Shown here one piece after another: positions 48,275-57,720 of a stretch of DNA of 64,000 nt (the first letter of the stretch is position 1; every line of letters starts with the position of its first letter). Source of the stretch: Paludibacteraceae bacterium (GTDB lineage: Bacteria; Bacteroidota; Bacteroidia; Bacteroidales; Paludibacteraceae); assembly GCA_045598805.1 (NCBI GenBank), contig JAZLMS010000055.1, positions 25,086 through 89,085 of the forward strand, read 5' to 3'. A program made the position numbers and the translations under genes. Under the pieces are notes generated by a model. The model saw only the letters and a list, made by a program, of their open reading frames with translations. It was not told the DNA's origin and did no database searches.

Positions 48275-49699
48275 ATGTTAAAAAGAACAGAAGTCATTAA
48301 CGCCCTTCAGAGCAAAGCGTTAGGAGAACCCATTAACGTTCGCGGTTGGGTTCGTAGTCGTCGTGGCAATAAGAACGTCTCGTTCATTGCCCTTAACGAT
48401 GGTTCAACGATTAAGAACATTCAGATTGTCGCTGATCTTGCCAAGTTTAGTGAGGAGCAACTCAAACCCGTCACCACAGGTTCGTGTATCTCCGCTACCG
48501 GTATTCTTGTTGCTTCACAGGGAGCAGGTCAAGCCGTAGAAATTCAACTTACGGATTTAGTTATCTATGGTACAGCCGACCCCGACCAATATCCTCTTCA
48601 AAAGAAAGGATTATCTATGGAATATTTGCGCACAATCGCGCACTTGCGCCCGCGTACGAACACGTTTGGTGCCGTCTTCCGTATTCGTCATAATATGGCG
48701 ATGGCTATCCACACGTATTTCCACGAGCACGGATATTATTACTTCCACACTCCACTCATCACCGCTTCGGACTGTGAAGGTGCCGGACAGATGTTCCAAG
48801 TTACCACTAAGAACTTATACAACCTCAAAAAGAACGAGGAAGGCAAGATTGATTATTCGGACGATTTCTTCGGTAAACAAACTTCCCTCACCGTGAGTGG
48901 TCAATTGGAAGGCGAGTTGGGCGCAACGGCATTAGGTAAGATATATACTTTTGGTCCTACTTTCCGCGCTGAGAACTCCAACACGCCGCGTCACTTGGCT
49001 GAGTTCTGGATGATTGAACCCGAGATAGCCTTCATGGACCTTGAGGAACTCATGGCATTGGAGGAAGACTTCATTAAGTATTGCGTTCGTTGGGCATTAG
49101 ACAATTGTATGGATGATCTTGAGTTCCTCAATCAATTTGTAGATAAGGGTTTGATTGAGCGTTTACGTTCCGTGATTGATAAGGACTTTGTTCATCTCCC
49201 TTATACAGAAGGTATTCGTATTTTGCAAGAGGCTATTCAGGCGGGGCACAAGTTTGAATTCCCGTGTGAGTGGGGCGATGACCTCAGTTCGGAACACGAG
49301 CGTTATTTGGTTGAGGAGCATTTCAAACGTCCGGTTATCATGACCAATTACCCGAAGGAGATTAAAGCTTTCTACATGAAGATTGATGAGAAAGAGAGCG
49401 GTTATAATGGTAAATCCGGTCAGACGGTACAAGGAACCGACGTTCTCTTCCCGCAGATTGGTGAGATTATCGGTGGTAGTGTTCGTGAAGAGAGTTACGA
49501 AAAGTTGATGGGTGAGATTGAGTCTCGTCATATCCCAATGAAGGACATGACTTGGTATCTTGATACTCGTCGATACGGTTCATGTCCTCACGCCGGTTTT
49601 GGCTTAGGCTTTGAGCGTTTAATGCTGTTTGTAACGGGTATGCAGAACATACGTGACGTCATTCCCTTCCCGCGTACCCCAAAAACTGCCGAATTTTAG
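48275..49699 (+). CDS. asnS: asparagine--tRNA ligase
   Basis: OB anticodon-binding N-terminus. Class IIb motifs [16 protein letters not shown] and GFGLGFERL. Confidence 0.95.
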   Translation: MLKRTEVINALQSKALGEPINVRGWVRSRRGNKNVSFIALNDGSTIKNIQIVADLAKFSEEQLKPVTTGSCISATGILVASQGAGQAVEIQLTDLVIYGTADPDQYPLQKKGLSMEYLRTIAHLRPRTNTFGAVFRIRHNMAMAIHTYFHEHGYYYFHTPLITASDCEGAGQMFQVTTKNLYNLKKNEEGKIDYSDDFFGKQTSLTVSGQLEGELGATALGKIYTFGPTFRAENSNTPRHLAEFWMIEPEIAFMDLEELMALEEDFIKYCVRWALDNCMDDLEFLNQFVDKGLIERLRSVIDKDFVHLPYTEGIRILQEAIQAGHKFEFPCEWGDDLSSEHERYLVEEHFKRPVIMTNYPKEIKAFYMKIDEKESGYNGKSGQTVQGTDVLFPQIGEIIGGSVREESYEKLMGEIESRHIPMKDMTWYLDTRRYGSCPHAGFGLGFERLMLFVTGMQNIRDVIPFPRTPKTAEF

Positions 49700-49781
49700 C
49701 GGAGTGCCTCTGCGGGCATATTTGGTAAGTTAAACAACACGTTTTTAACGAATAATACTAATCACTTAATACTAAATAACA

Positions 49782-52700
49782 ATGAGAAAACTTCTTTTCC
49801 TCGTCTTTGTGCTCCTTGCTCCCCTTGGTGCGCAGGCACAGACGGCTCTCAAAGGAAGATTGGTATCGGATCCATCCGGCGCACCGATAACGAACGCCAT
49901 CGTGACCCTTGCCAATCAAGCTATCTCCACTTCTACTAACGATAACGGAGAATTCTCTCTTATCTACTTGGAAGCTGGAGATGACGAACTAATCATTGAA
50001 GCTGATGGATTCATCGGCACCATCGAGTTAGTATCCCTTGTGGATAATCAGACTACCGACCTTGATGCCATCAAGCTTCAACCCAACATCATTCGTGAAT
50101 CCCAAGAAGAGATTCTTCTCACCTTGGGCGAAAACGACATTAACGATGATGAAGGTAAGTCCCAAGCACAGTCCTCGGCTGCGTCCGCTTCTACGGATGT
50201 GTTTAACTCGGTTACCTCGTGGGCGTGGTCAACCGCTCGTTACCGCAATCGTGGTTATGCCCAAACGTATGAGCAGAGTTACATCCAAGGTCTGAACTTC
50301 AACTCCGCGGAACGTGGTATGTTTAATTTCTCTGCCATGGGTGGTTTGAATGATGCTACACGTTATAGAGAGGTTGTTCAACCTATGGAAGCAACCAATT
50401 TCAGTTTTGGTGGTTTAGGTTCGGCTACGAACTATTTGCAGAATGCTTCTAACTACGCACAAGGTTGGAAAGTGGGTGTAGCCGGAACAAACCGAAACTA
50501 CAAGGCGCGTGCGAACACCACCTATGCTTCCGGTCCTTTAGCAAAAGGCTGGTCTTTTGTTGGACAAATAGCCTACCGTTTCTCGCCTTATGTAGATAAC
50601 CAAGGTATCATTGGTGAGGGTATCCGTTATAACTCCCTTGGTTATTTCTTCTCCGCAGAAAAGAAATGGGATAACGGTAAGTTTAACATCCTTACTTTTG
50701 GCGCTCCGACGGAGCGTGGACAGTCGGGTGCAGTAACGCAAGAAGCTTACGACCTTTATGGCTCCATCAACTACAACCCGTATTGGGGTTATCAGAACGG
50801 CAAAGTTCGTAACTCTCGTATCGTGCATAGTTATGACCCCACGGCTATTGCTTCTGTAGAGTTGAAGATCAATGATAAGAACATCATCAAACTGGCAGCC
50901 GGTTATCACTACTCTATGTATTCCAACTCGGCTATTCAGTTCTTCAACGCTCCTGATCCGCGTCCCGATTATTATCGCCAACTCCCCTCTTTCATGTGGG
51001 ATGGACAAATAGTTGATTCCTATTCATCGCAACTCTTTAACGATAACGGCGAGCATTATCCTTATGGACTCTTTGCCGGAGCAGACCTTGTTGGTCGTTC
51101 GTTAGGTCAAGGTTTTGTTGGTGCTGATGGTAATATTATCGGAGGTTCGATTGATCCTACCGTTTATAACAATAAGGTTAATGCTTGGCATAATCGCGAC
51201 CCGAAGGTTACTCACATTGATTGGGACGCCCTTTATGCTGCCAACTATGCACAGAACGCTATTCATCCTGATGGTATTGCCAAGTACATGGTTGAGCGCC
51301 GCCATAACGACATACAAGAAGGCGGAATCAATATCAACTATGCCTATAATAACCAAAATAACCTTAAGGTTACCGTTGGTCTCGAGGCTAAGCAGAGTCA
51401 AGGTATTCATTTCAAGACGATTGATGACCTCTTAGGAGCCAACCAATGGAAAGATATTGACCCGTTCGCTGATCGTGATATGCGCGAACTGAGTAATAAC
51501 ATCGGTCTCACGCAGTCGGATATCAACTGGACGATGCAGAACGACTACCGCTCGTGGATTGAGAACGGACAAAATCCTAAAGACATCAAAACAGGCGACC
51601 GCTTTGGTTACGACTATCGCATTAATATGACCACCGCTAAGTTGTGGGCACAGAACGAGTGGAAGTTCCAGGATATAGATGTGTACTACGCACTCCAAGT
51701 GACTTACTCCAACATGATGCGTTCGACCAACATGATTAACGGTCGTGCACTCTATCTTAGTCTCTTAGCCGAAGGAACGGATAACGCCACTAAGTATTTA
51801 GGTCGCGACAATAATTTTGCTTCCGTTTTTGCTAATCGTCCTGCTACCCTTTTGGGCACATGGCACCACTTCATTGACCCTGCCTTCAAAGCCGGATTCA
51901 CGTATAAGATTGACGGACGTAATCACATTAAGTTCAACGCTCTGGCACAAACCACCGCTCCCCTCGCGCGCGATGCCTATATATCGCAACGCGTGCACGA
52001 TCGCGTAGTGGATAACATTTACACCCATGATGCAGCCAAGAACCTCAAGGATTATTATGCTGCTTCCGAGAAAGTGGTTGGTGGTGACCTGACCTATGAA
52101 TTTAACTACAATATCGTTCGCGGTCGTGTTACGGGTTTCTATACACGTTTCTGGGACGGAACCGAACTCAATGGTTATTACGACGATGAAGTTCGCACTT
52201 TCGTTAACCAAGCTATTACCGGTATCAACCGCCGTCACTGCGGCGTAGAAGCTGCTGTAGCAGTTAAACTCGGAACGTACTTCACGTTGACCAGTGCCGC
52301 TTCCGTAGGTGATTACCGCTATACCACCAATGCTTTCAGCGTTACCTCTGCTGAGAACGGAATGTCTATGGGCGAGATGTATAACAAGACAACGAATGAT
52401 ATCACTCCTATTTATGAGGTACGTGATAGTGTCTTATTCAAAGGTCTTCGCGTTTCTACCGGCCCGCAAGTTAATGCTTCTCTCAAACTCTCCTTCTTCC
52501 ACCCGAAGATGTGGTTTGCCGACGTTACGGTCAGCTACTACGATTGGAATTTCCTCGACATTGCTCCTTCGCGCCGTATGAAGGGTCTATTCACCGGTGT
52601 ACGTGCAGACGGAACGACAGTGAACGGTTGGTACGGAGATACCAATAAGAAGTTCCCCGAGACACCTTCGGCTATTGCCACTTCCGATGGTATGAAGTTG

Positions 52701-53102
52701 AACCTCAATAGCGAGGAGCGTGTTAACGGCTACCCTGCTAATGCTATCTTAGATGAGAACGGCGTTCCCGAATTGCGTTATCCGTATAATATCCTCTCCG
52801 AACAGGAGTCTTTATCGGCTACAAATCCGCTCAATCGTTTCATTGTGGATGTTAGCGTGGGTAAACTCATTTATTTGCCTAATCGTCAGTCTCTCTCCAT
52901 TAACTTGAACGTGACGAACCTCACCAATAACACGCATTTCAAGACCGGTGGTTATCAACAGGCTCGTCTGCCACGTCAGTCGCTGCAAGCAACAACAGAT
53001 GGTGAGAATTCTGTTATCACACCTAATGCATGGAAGTTCCCCTCTAAGTATTATTATGCTTGGGGCACCAATTTCTATTTAACCCTTACGTATAAATTTT
53101 AA
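49782..53102 (+). CDS. TonB-dependent-receptor-like outer-membrane beta-barrel with a carboxypeptidase-regulatory-like N-domain
   Basis: Signal peptide; GRLVSDPSGAPITNAIVTL...TNDNGEFSL N-domain; 1106 aa; terminal ...YLTLTYKF aromatic residue. No SusD-like partner follows. Confidence 0.7.
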   Translation: MRKLLFLVFVLLAPLGAQAQTALKGRLVSDPSGAPITNAIVTLANQAISTSTNDNGEFSLIYLEAGDDELIIEADGFIGTIELVSLVDNQTTDLDAIKLQPNIIRESQEEILLTLGENDINDDEGKSQAQSSAASASTDVFNSVTSWAWSTARYRNRGYAQTYEQSYIQGLNFNSAERGMFNFSAMGGLNDATRYREVVQPMEATNFSFGGLGSATNYLQNASNYAQGWKVGVAGTNRNYKARANTTYASGPLAKGWSFVGQIAYRFSPYVDNQGIIGEGIRYNSLGYFFSAEKKWDNGKFNILTFGAPTERGQSGAVTQEAYDLYGSINYNPYWGYQNGKVRNSRIVHSYDPTAIASVELKINDKNIIKLAAGYHYSMYSNSAIQFFNAPDPRPDYYRQLPSFMWDGQIVDSYSSQLFNDNGEHYPYGLFAGADLVGRSLGQGFVGADGNIIGGSIDPTVYNNKVNAWHNRDPKVTHIDWDALYAANYAQNAIHPDGIAKYMVERRHNDIQEGGININYAYNNQNNLKVTVGLEAKQSQGIHFKTIDDLLGANQWKDIDPFADRDMRELSNNIGLTQSDINWTMQNDYRSWIENGQNPKDIKTGDRFGYDYRINMTTAKLWAQNEWKFQDIDVYYALQVTYSNMMRSTNMINGRALYLSLLAEGTDNATKYLGRDNNFASVFANRPATLLGTWHHFIDPAFKAGFTYKIDGRNHIKFNALAQTTAPLARDAYISQRVHDRVVDNIYTHDAAKNLKDYYAASEKVVGGDLTYEFNYNIVRGRVTGFYTRFWDGTELNGYYDDEVRTFVNQAITGINRRHCGVEAAVAVKLGTYFTLTSAASVGDYRYTTNAFSVTSAENGMSMGEMYNKTTNDITPIYEVRDSVLFKGLRVSTGPQVNASLKLSFFHPKMWFADVTVSYYDWNFLDIAPSRRMKGLFTGVRADGTTVNGWYGDTNKKFPETPSAIATSDGMKLNLNSEERVNGYPANAILDENGVPELRYPYNILSEQESLSATNPLNRFIVDVSVGKLIYLPNRQSLSINLNVTNLTNNTHFKTGGYQQARLPRQSLQATTDGENSVITPNAWKFPSKYYYAWGTNFYLTLTYKF

Positions 53103-53118
53103 TTAGGAGGACAGCATT

Positions 53119-54471
53119 ATGAAAAAGTTCATTATATTAACTTTCACTTTCACTCTCACTCTTCTCTCTTGTACAACCAAAGCGCCGGAACCTGAGTCTA
53201 TCTTCTTCACAGAGGAACAGGTGGCGGATATTACCGCTGATGGACATATTTACACCATTCATGAGTTTATTGATAAATACATGACGGAGGAAGGAAATTA
53301 TTTGAATGACTCTATTCATCGTTATCGTACGCGTGCCACTAAAGGCGATGGAGTATATCTTTTCTCTATGGATACACTCCCCTCTGCGGGCGAAGGTATC
53401 TATATCCGTGCTCGCGTTGAGACGGACGATGAGGGAGGTAACTTCTACAAAACGTTTGTATTGCAGCAGATTGTCAACGGCGAACAACAGAACCTCCGTG
53501 TGGGTGTTGATGCCGGCTCTATTTCAGGCCTTTATCCGCGTGGACAAGAGTTGATTATCCGCTGTAACGGATTGGCTATAGGTCGTTATGCTAACCAGAT
53601 TCAACTCTGCACGCCATCCTATAACAACAATATCTACGCCAATAAGGAGTCTGAGAAAGTAGGTTGGGCACCGGGTAGGATTGATGTGGCTACGTTCAAA
53701 CGTAATTCATGGCGTATCGGCATGCCCGATGAGAGCAAACTGCAGATTGATACCATTCTTATCACCGATTACATCAATAAACTCAATATTGTTGAGAATC
53801 GTAAATACGATGGCCGATTAGTTTGTATTACGGGTGTACACTACACCGGTCAACTTAATGATAACGGAGATATCAAGAACTGCTCCTTCAATAACCCCGA
53901 AACGGCTACGGATGCAAACGTCTTTGCACCTACAACGGAGAATATGAACTACCCGCAGTCTCGTTATGTTGAGGATATAAACGGAAACCTCATCTTAATC
54001 TCCGTTTCCGAGTATGCCAAGATGGCGCGTTTCTATATCCCCGGAGCCGGCAGCGCGTATGATGGTAAATATCAGTACACTATCTCTAAGAACGACACGC
54101 AACAACCTACAGAAGGAACCTACCTTCCCGCTTCTATCAATGGCACTACGTATTATATTATGGTGCCCGAGGAGCGCGTAGCAGAAGGCTTCCACACGGA
54201 TGATGTTATTTTCATTCCTGATGCTACCAAGGAGGAAGAGAAGGCACTTATCTACGATGGTTCACAATGGGTGAATAAAGTAGGTATCCTGCACTGCCCC
54301 GAGTATTCGGGTTCGGTTAAGGGTGTGTTGTCTTTCTATATGGATAATGCTAAGTACGATGCAGAGAGTTCCGATTGGGCTATCTCTATTTGCGATATCT
54401 CGGATATCCAAATGAAAACCGCAGAAGGCACTCCTTGGAATCCCACTGAATATTCTAACAAAAACAAATAA
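53119..54471 (+). CDS. lipoprotein, possible OB-fold/DUF5689-like N-domain
   Basis: Lipobox LLSC. GIYIRARVETDDEGGNFYKTFVLQQ...GQELIIRCNGLAIGRY resembles OB-type domains of Bacteroidota surface lipoproteins; assignment from memory only. Confidence 0.5.
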   Translation: MKKFIILTFTFTLTLLSCTTKAPEPESIFFTEEQVADITADGHIYTIHEFIDKYMTEEGNYLNDSIHRYRTRATKGDGVYLFSMDTLPSAGEGIYIRARVETDDEGGNFYKTFVLQQIVNGEQQNLRVGVDAGSISGLYPRGQELIIRCNGLAIGRYANQIQLCTPSYNNNIYANKESEKVGWAPGRIDVATFKRNSWRIGMPDESKLQIDTILITDYINKLNIVENRKYDGRLVCITGVHYTGQLNDNGDIKNCSFNNPETATDANVFAPTTENMNYPQSRYVEDINGNLILISVSEYAKMARFYIPGAGSAYDGKYQYTISKNDTQQPTEGTYLPASINGTTYYIMVPEERVAEGFHTDDVIFIPDATKEEEKALIYDGSQWVNKVGILHCPEYSGSVKGVLSFYMDNAKYDAESSDWAISICDISDIQMKTAEGTPWNPTEYSNKNK

Positions 54472-54476
54472 CAGCC

Positions 54477-55997
54477 ATGAAAAAGTTCATTAACAAACTC
54501 TCACTCTCGTCATTCACCGGCCTAATGGGCATCACTTTCACGCTCTTGCTGCTTTGCGCAGTAACGAGTTGTAAACCGAAGGACGAACATCACGACTATA
54601 GCAAAGACCTTATCGGTAAGTGGAAACTGGTCAAATATAACGGTCACGCTATTGAGACTAATAACCGCACTATCTTTACTTTTAACAGCGATAACACCGG
54701 TACCCAAACCGAGGCTTCCATTGACAGTGTTGATTTACTCAAAGACCGCACTTGGCGTGCCGCTTGGCCTTTGGCTTATACCGTGGATCAAGATGTCCTC
54801 ACCACTCTTTGGCAACGTACATCCGATGCCCGTAAGTGGGTGGCTCCTAAGATTAAGGTTGAGGATGGTCGTCTTTATGCAGACCCTTCTACTGTCTTCA
54901 TCAACTCGCTCCCTACTCCACTCGCAGCTGCTGAGTATGTTTCCGTTACCGATGTGGCTCACTATGCGGAAGATATTATCGGCACTTGGGTTGGTAAATC
55001 CGGCTCCGGAGGCGCTTATGGCGACATCAATCACCAATGGGTTTACCTTGCTGACGGAACGTACCAATACTTGTCTAAGAATGAAGAGGGCAAATTCGTA
55101 CAAGACCCGGGAGATGTACTCAACGAGTATATCCTGGATGGTGATTTCTTCATCACTCGTTGGGTGAACGAAACAGGCGAACACCGTGAGGCATGGGATG
55201 TTACCCTCTTTGGCAACGATATGGTCTGGCGCGGTCAACGTGCTAATGGCGTTCGTGACTCGTTCTTCTTGGAACGTATTACGCCCGTCAGAGCCGATAT
55301 TGAACCGATTCTTCCCGGCAAGTGGATTGTGCTCTTGCAAGACGGAGACTCGGTTCTCACCAACGAGAAGTCCGTTCATACGTTTGACGGACAAGGCAAA
55401 GTCAAATATACGGTTGCACAAGCGGGTAAACTCAACCACCAATGGGAGAACCAAACGGTCCTCAATTACACGCTTATGGGTAACGACCTTACCGAAGTGG
55501 GTAAATCCGTTTCGGGTTCCGATATCGTTTATCATAGCCAGTTCCTTTCGGTTAGTCAGAACCGCTTAGAGGTCCGCTCGGACATCGGTCAACGGGAAGG
55601 AACGATCGTTCTCGAGCGTGACTTATCCGTAGATAATGACAAGAAGATTCTCGGTTTCTGGGAAGGTGTCTCCATGGAAGGTCTCGGTACTTACGGCGGA
55701 GCCGATAGCGTTGCTTGGGAATACTTTAATGATGGTACGTATAACTACTATACCAAAGATGCTGCCGGTAACTGGATTGAGCAAGCAGGAGAGCATGATT
55801 ATATGGTCGATGGTAAGTACCTTGCCTTCCGCTGGGCGGATAAGGATGACCCCCAACAGATGGACTGTGAATGGTGGGATTTGAGTTTCAGCGAAGGCAG
55901 TAATCCTGAATATATGTATTGGGACGGTTATCGTATTTTAGACGGTAAGAAGTATCACAATATCTTCACCATCAAGCGTAGTTCACATGCTAAATAA
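54477..55997 (+). CDS. lipoprotein with four lipocalin-like repeats
   Basis: Lipobox AVTSC. Four recurrences of a (I/L)xGxW..... G(T/K)Y.Y pattern: LIGKWKLV, IIGTWVGK..DGTYQY, LPGKWIVL, ILGFWEGV..DGTYNYY. Confidence 0.55.
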   Translation: MKKFINKLSLSSFTGLMGITFTLLLLCAVTSCKPKDEHHDYSKDLIGKWKLVKYNGHAIETNNRTIFTFNSDNTGTQTEASIDSVDLLKDRTWRAAWPLAYTVDQDVLTTLWQRTSDARKWVAPKIKVEDGRLYADPSTVFINSLPTPLAAAEYVSVTDVAHYAEDIIGTWVGKSGSGGAYGDINHQWVYLADGTYQYLSKNEEGKFVQDPGDVLNEYILDGDFFITRWVNETGEHREAWDVTLFGNDMVWRGQRANGVRDSFFLERITPVRADIEPILPGKWIVLLQDGDSVLTNEKSVHTFDGQGKVKYTVAQAGKLNHQWENQTVLNYTLMGNDLTEVGKSVSGSDIVYHSQFLSVSQNRLEVRSDIGQREGTIVLERDLSVDNDKKILGFWEGVSMEGLGTYGGADSVAWEYFNDGTYNYYTKDAAGNWIEQAGEHDYMVDGKYLAFRWADKDDPQQMDCEWWDLSFSEGSNPEYMYWDGYRILDGKKYHNIFTIKRSSHAK

Positions 55998-56004
55998 TCA
56001 ATAG

Positions 56005-56295
56005 ATGAAACACTATTCGTTTATATATGACCTTATCATCCTCGCGCCGGTTCTTTTCGGACTGGTACGAGGGATAGGTAAGGGCGGCAACGCATTTGGC
56101 CGCATTTTCGAAGCCACTTGGGGTGCAGTTAAGTATGCCTTAATCGTAATGGCACTTATTTTCGTCTTGAACCTCATTGACGGTTTCTTCCCCTTTATGC
56201 CGGAAGAGATTAAAATGCAGTCCTTCCTTTATTCGCATATCATTGAGTGGTGCAATGCTCTATTATCTCTCATTGGGGTCAAATTTGGGGAATAG
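56005..56295 (+). CDS. small membrane protein (2 TM), hypothetical
   Basis: 96 aa with two hydrophobic segments. Its 3' end overlaps folK by 41 nt. Confidence 0.45.
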   Translation: MKHYSFIYDLIILAPVLFGLVRGIGKGGNAFGRIFEATWGAVKYALIVMALIFVLNLIDGFFPFMPEEIKMQSFLYSHIIEWCNALLSLIGVKFGE

Positions 56296-56686
56296 AGAGG
56301 CTACTATTGAGAAGGCCTTATGTCTGTTAGGCTGTTCTCAGTGGTCTTCTTTCTATTATTCCGAGGCGGTAGATTTTGAATCATCAAACGAGTTCTGCAA
56401 TTGTTGTGCGTGTGTGGAGTCCAAGATGGAACCGTTAGAGTTCTTATTGTTCACGCAGCAGATTGAGCGAGAACTGGGACGGGAGCGCAAGTCGGTTAAT
56501 GGCGAGCACTTCGATCGTGAGATTGATATTGACATTTTACTCGCTTATCCCTCTCAACCTATCAGCCTTTCAGTCTCTCAGTCTATCAGCCTTTCGACTC
56601 CAGAATTGACGTTGCCACACCCTAAAATGCATAATCGTCCTTTTGTTATGCTTCCTTTGCAAGAAATTTTACAAAAAAACGCATAA
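56255..56686 (+). CDS. folK: 2-amino-4-hydroxy-6-hydroxymethyldihydropteridine diphosphokinase (HPPK)
   Basis: From the internal ATG: MLYYLSLGSNLGNRE...IERELGRER...DIDIL...LTLPHPKMHNRPFVMLPL. Carries an in-frame 24-bp repeat insertion (PISLSVSQSISLST). Confidence 0.8.
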   Translation: MLYYLSLGSNLGNREATIEKALCLLGCSQWSSFYYSEAVDFESSNEFCNCCACVESKMEPLEFLLFTQQIERELGRERKSVNGEHFDREIDIDILLAYPSQPISLSVSQSISLSTPELTLPHPKMHNRPFVMLPLQEILQKNA

Positions 56687-56713
56687 TTATTTGCATATAT
56701 GAAAAAAAAGCAG

Positions 56714-56721
56714 TACCTTTG
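56714..56721 (+). promoter_or_regulatory. Bacteroidota -7 box (TAccTTTG) for tRNA-Thr
   Basis: Exact TAnnTTTG match 30 nt upstream of the tRNA 5' end. Confidence 0.55.
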
Positions 56722-56751
56722 CACCCGCAATTGAGAGATTGCTCTTATTTT

Positions 56752-56824
<73 letters not shown>

Positions 56825-56833
56825 CTCACAATT

Positions 56834-56862
56834 AAAAGGGATTCATTTTTTGAGTCCCTTTT
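56834..56862 (+). terminator. hairpin terminator after tRNA-Thr
   Basis: Stem aaaaggga / tccctttt, 8 bp (plus tc/ga), followed by a T-rich atcatttt. Confidence 0.55.
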
Positions 56863-57021
56863 ATCATTTTCCCTACCCTATACCCAAGTACGATAGTGCG
56901 AGGATGGGTATCCCTCGGGCATCACCTTAGACAAACGCGGTAATCAGGCGGTAATCACGCGGAGAAGATAGCGTGATGACTCTGTGACGACATGGTGAAG
57001 GCATAGCGAAGACTGCTACAG

Positions 57022-57076
57022 TAACCGAGCAGATACCGAGCAGTTACCGAGCAGATACCGAGCAGATACCGAGCAG
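57022..57076. repeat. 5 x 11-bp tandem repeat (WTACCGAGCAG)
   Basis: Units taaccgagcag ataccgagcag ttaccgagcag ataccgagcag ataccgagcag. Confidence 0.95.
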
Positions 57077-57163
57077 ATAGTAAGTGCTGAAAGCAGGGGG
57101 ATAGGAGGGGAGAAGGAGCGCCCTTCGGTCACAGACCGTACTCCCAAGAGCGAGAGGGAGAGG

Positions 57164-57195
57164 TCGATATTTCGAGGACTCGATAATTCGAGGAC
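57164..57195. repeat. 2 x 16-bp tandem repeat
   Basis: Units tcgatatttcgaggac / tcgataattcgaggac. Confidence 0.9.
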
Positions 57196-57207
57196 GAGAA
57201 ATAAGAG

Positions 57208-57632
57208 ACCGCGGTTACGAGCCGCGGGAGATAGACACCTAAACGGCGAAAATATATCGGTGTGCGCGGACGCACCGCCGAGAAGGGACAGGGTACAGAA
57301 GCGCGACCAAAGGGAGCGGAGCAGCGCAGCAAAGCGCGACAAGAAGAGCGAAGAGGCGGAGGGGCAGCGCAGCAAAGCACAAAGAAACCCGCATACAATG
57401 CGGGAACAAAATGGACGAAAAGCCCGCGGTTACGAGCCGCGGGAGGAAAGACACTCCCAAATGGTCGCCCAAACGGCGAAAGACTTTCGCCGAGAAAGGA
57501 CAGGGTACAAAGAGCCACTCGCGGACGCTCGCGGAACAGGACGGTACAACGGAAAGACGGACGTGGCAGCGGCCGGATTTCCGATGGCGTGATACCCGCA
57601 TACAATGCAGGGAGAAAAGGACAAAAAAAAGA
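57208..57632. repeat. degenerate ~210-230-bp tandem duplication of a four-module non-coding unit
   Basis: Four modules recur in the same order. They are (C)CCGCGGTTACGAGCCGCGGG (57208 / 57423), AAACGGCGAAA (57241 / 57471), GCCGAGAARGGACAGGGTACARA (57277 / 57489) and ACCCGCATACAATGCRGG (57387 / 57594). Confidence 0.8.
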
Positions 57633-57720
57633 ACCCGCATACAATGCGGGGAGAAAAGGACAAAAAAGAACCCGCATACAATGCGGGGAGAAAAGGACAA
57701 AAAAAGAACCCGCATAAGGA
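57594..57720 (-). terminator. 3.3-copy tandem array (37-39-bp unit) of hairpin + U-tract elements, about 50 nt downstream of the SpoIID-like gene
   Basis: The minus strand reads CCCGCAT-TGT-ATGCGGG followed by TTCTTTTTTTGTCCTTTTCTC in each unit. Units at 57594-57632, 57633-57669 and 57670-57707, with a partial unit at 57708-57720. An orphan copy lies at 57387-57421. Confidence 0.5.

Noticed and set aside
57440-57520. RNase P-like strings (gaggaaag..., ggacagggtaca) inside the island
   Set aside because: The matches are only short words. The region is duplicated, and the flanking conserved RNase P helices (GAGGAAAGUCCGGGC context, ACAGAAA...CCGCC) are absent.
57594-57720. Possible CRISPR array (regular 37-39-bp repeats containing a hairpin)
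   Set aside because: The units abut directly with no unique spacers, there are only about 3.3 copies, no cas genes are in the window, and each unit ends in an A/T run typical of a terminator rather than a CRISPR repeat.
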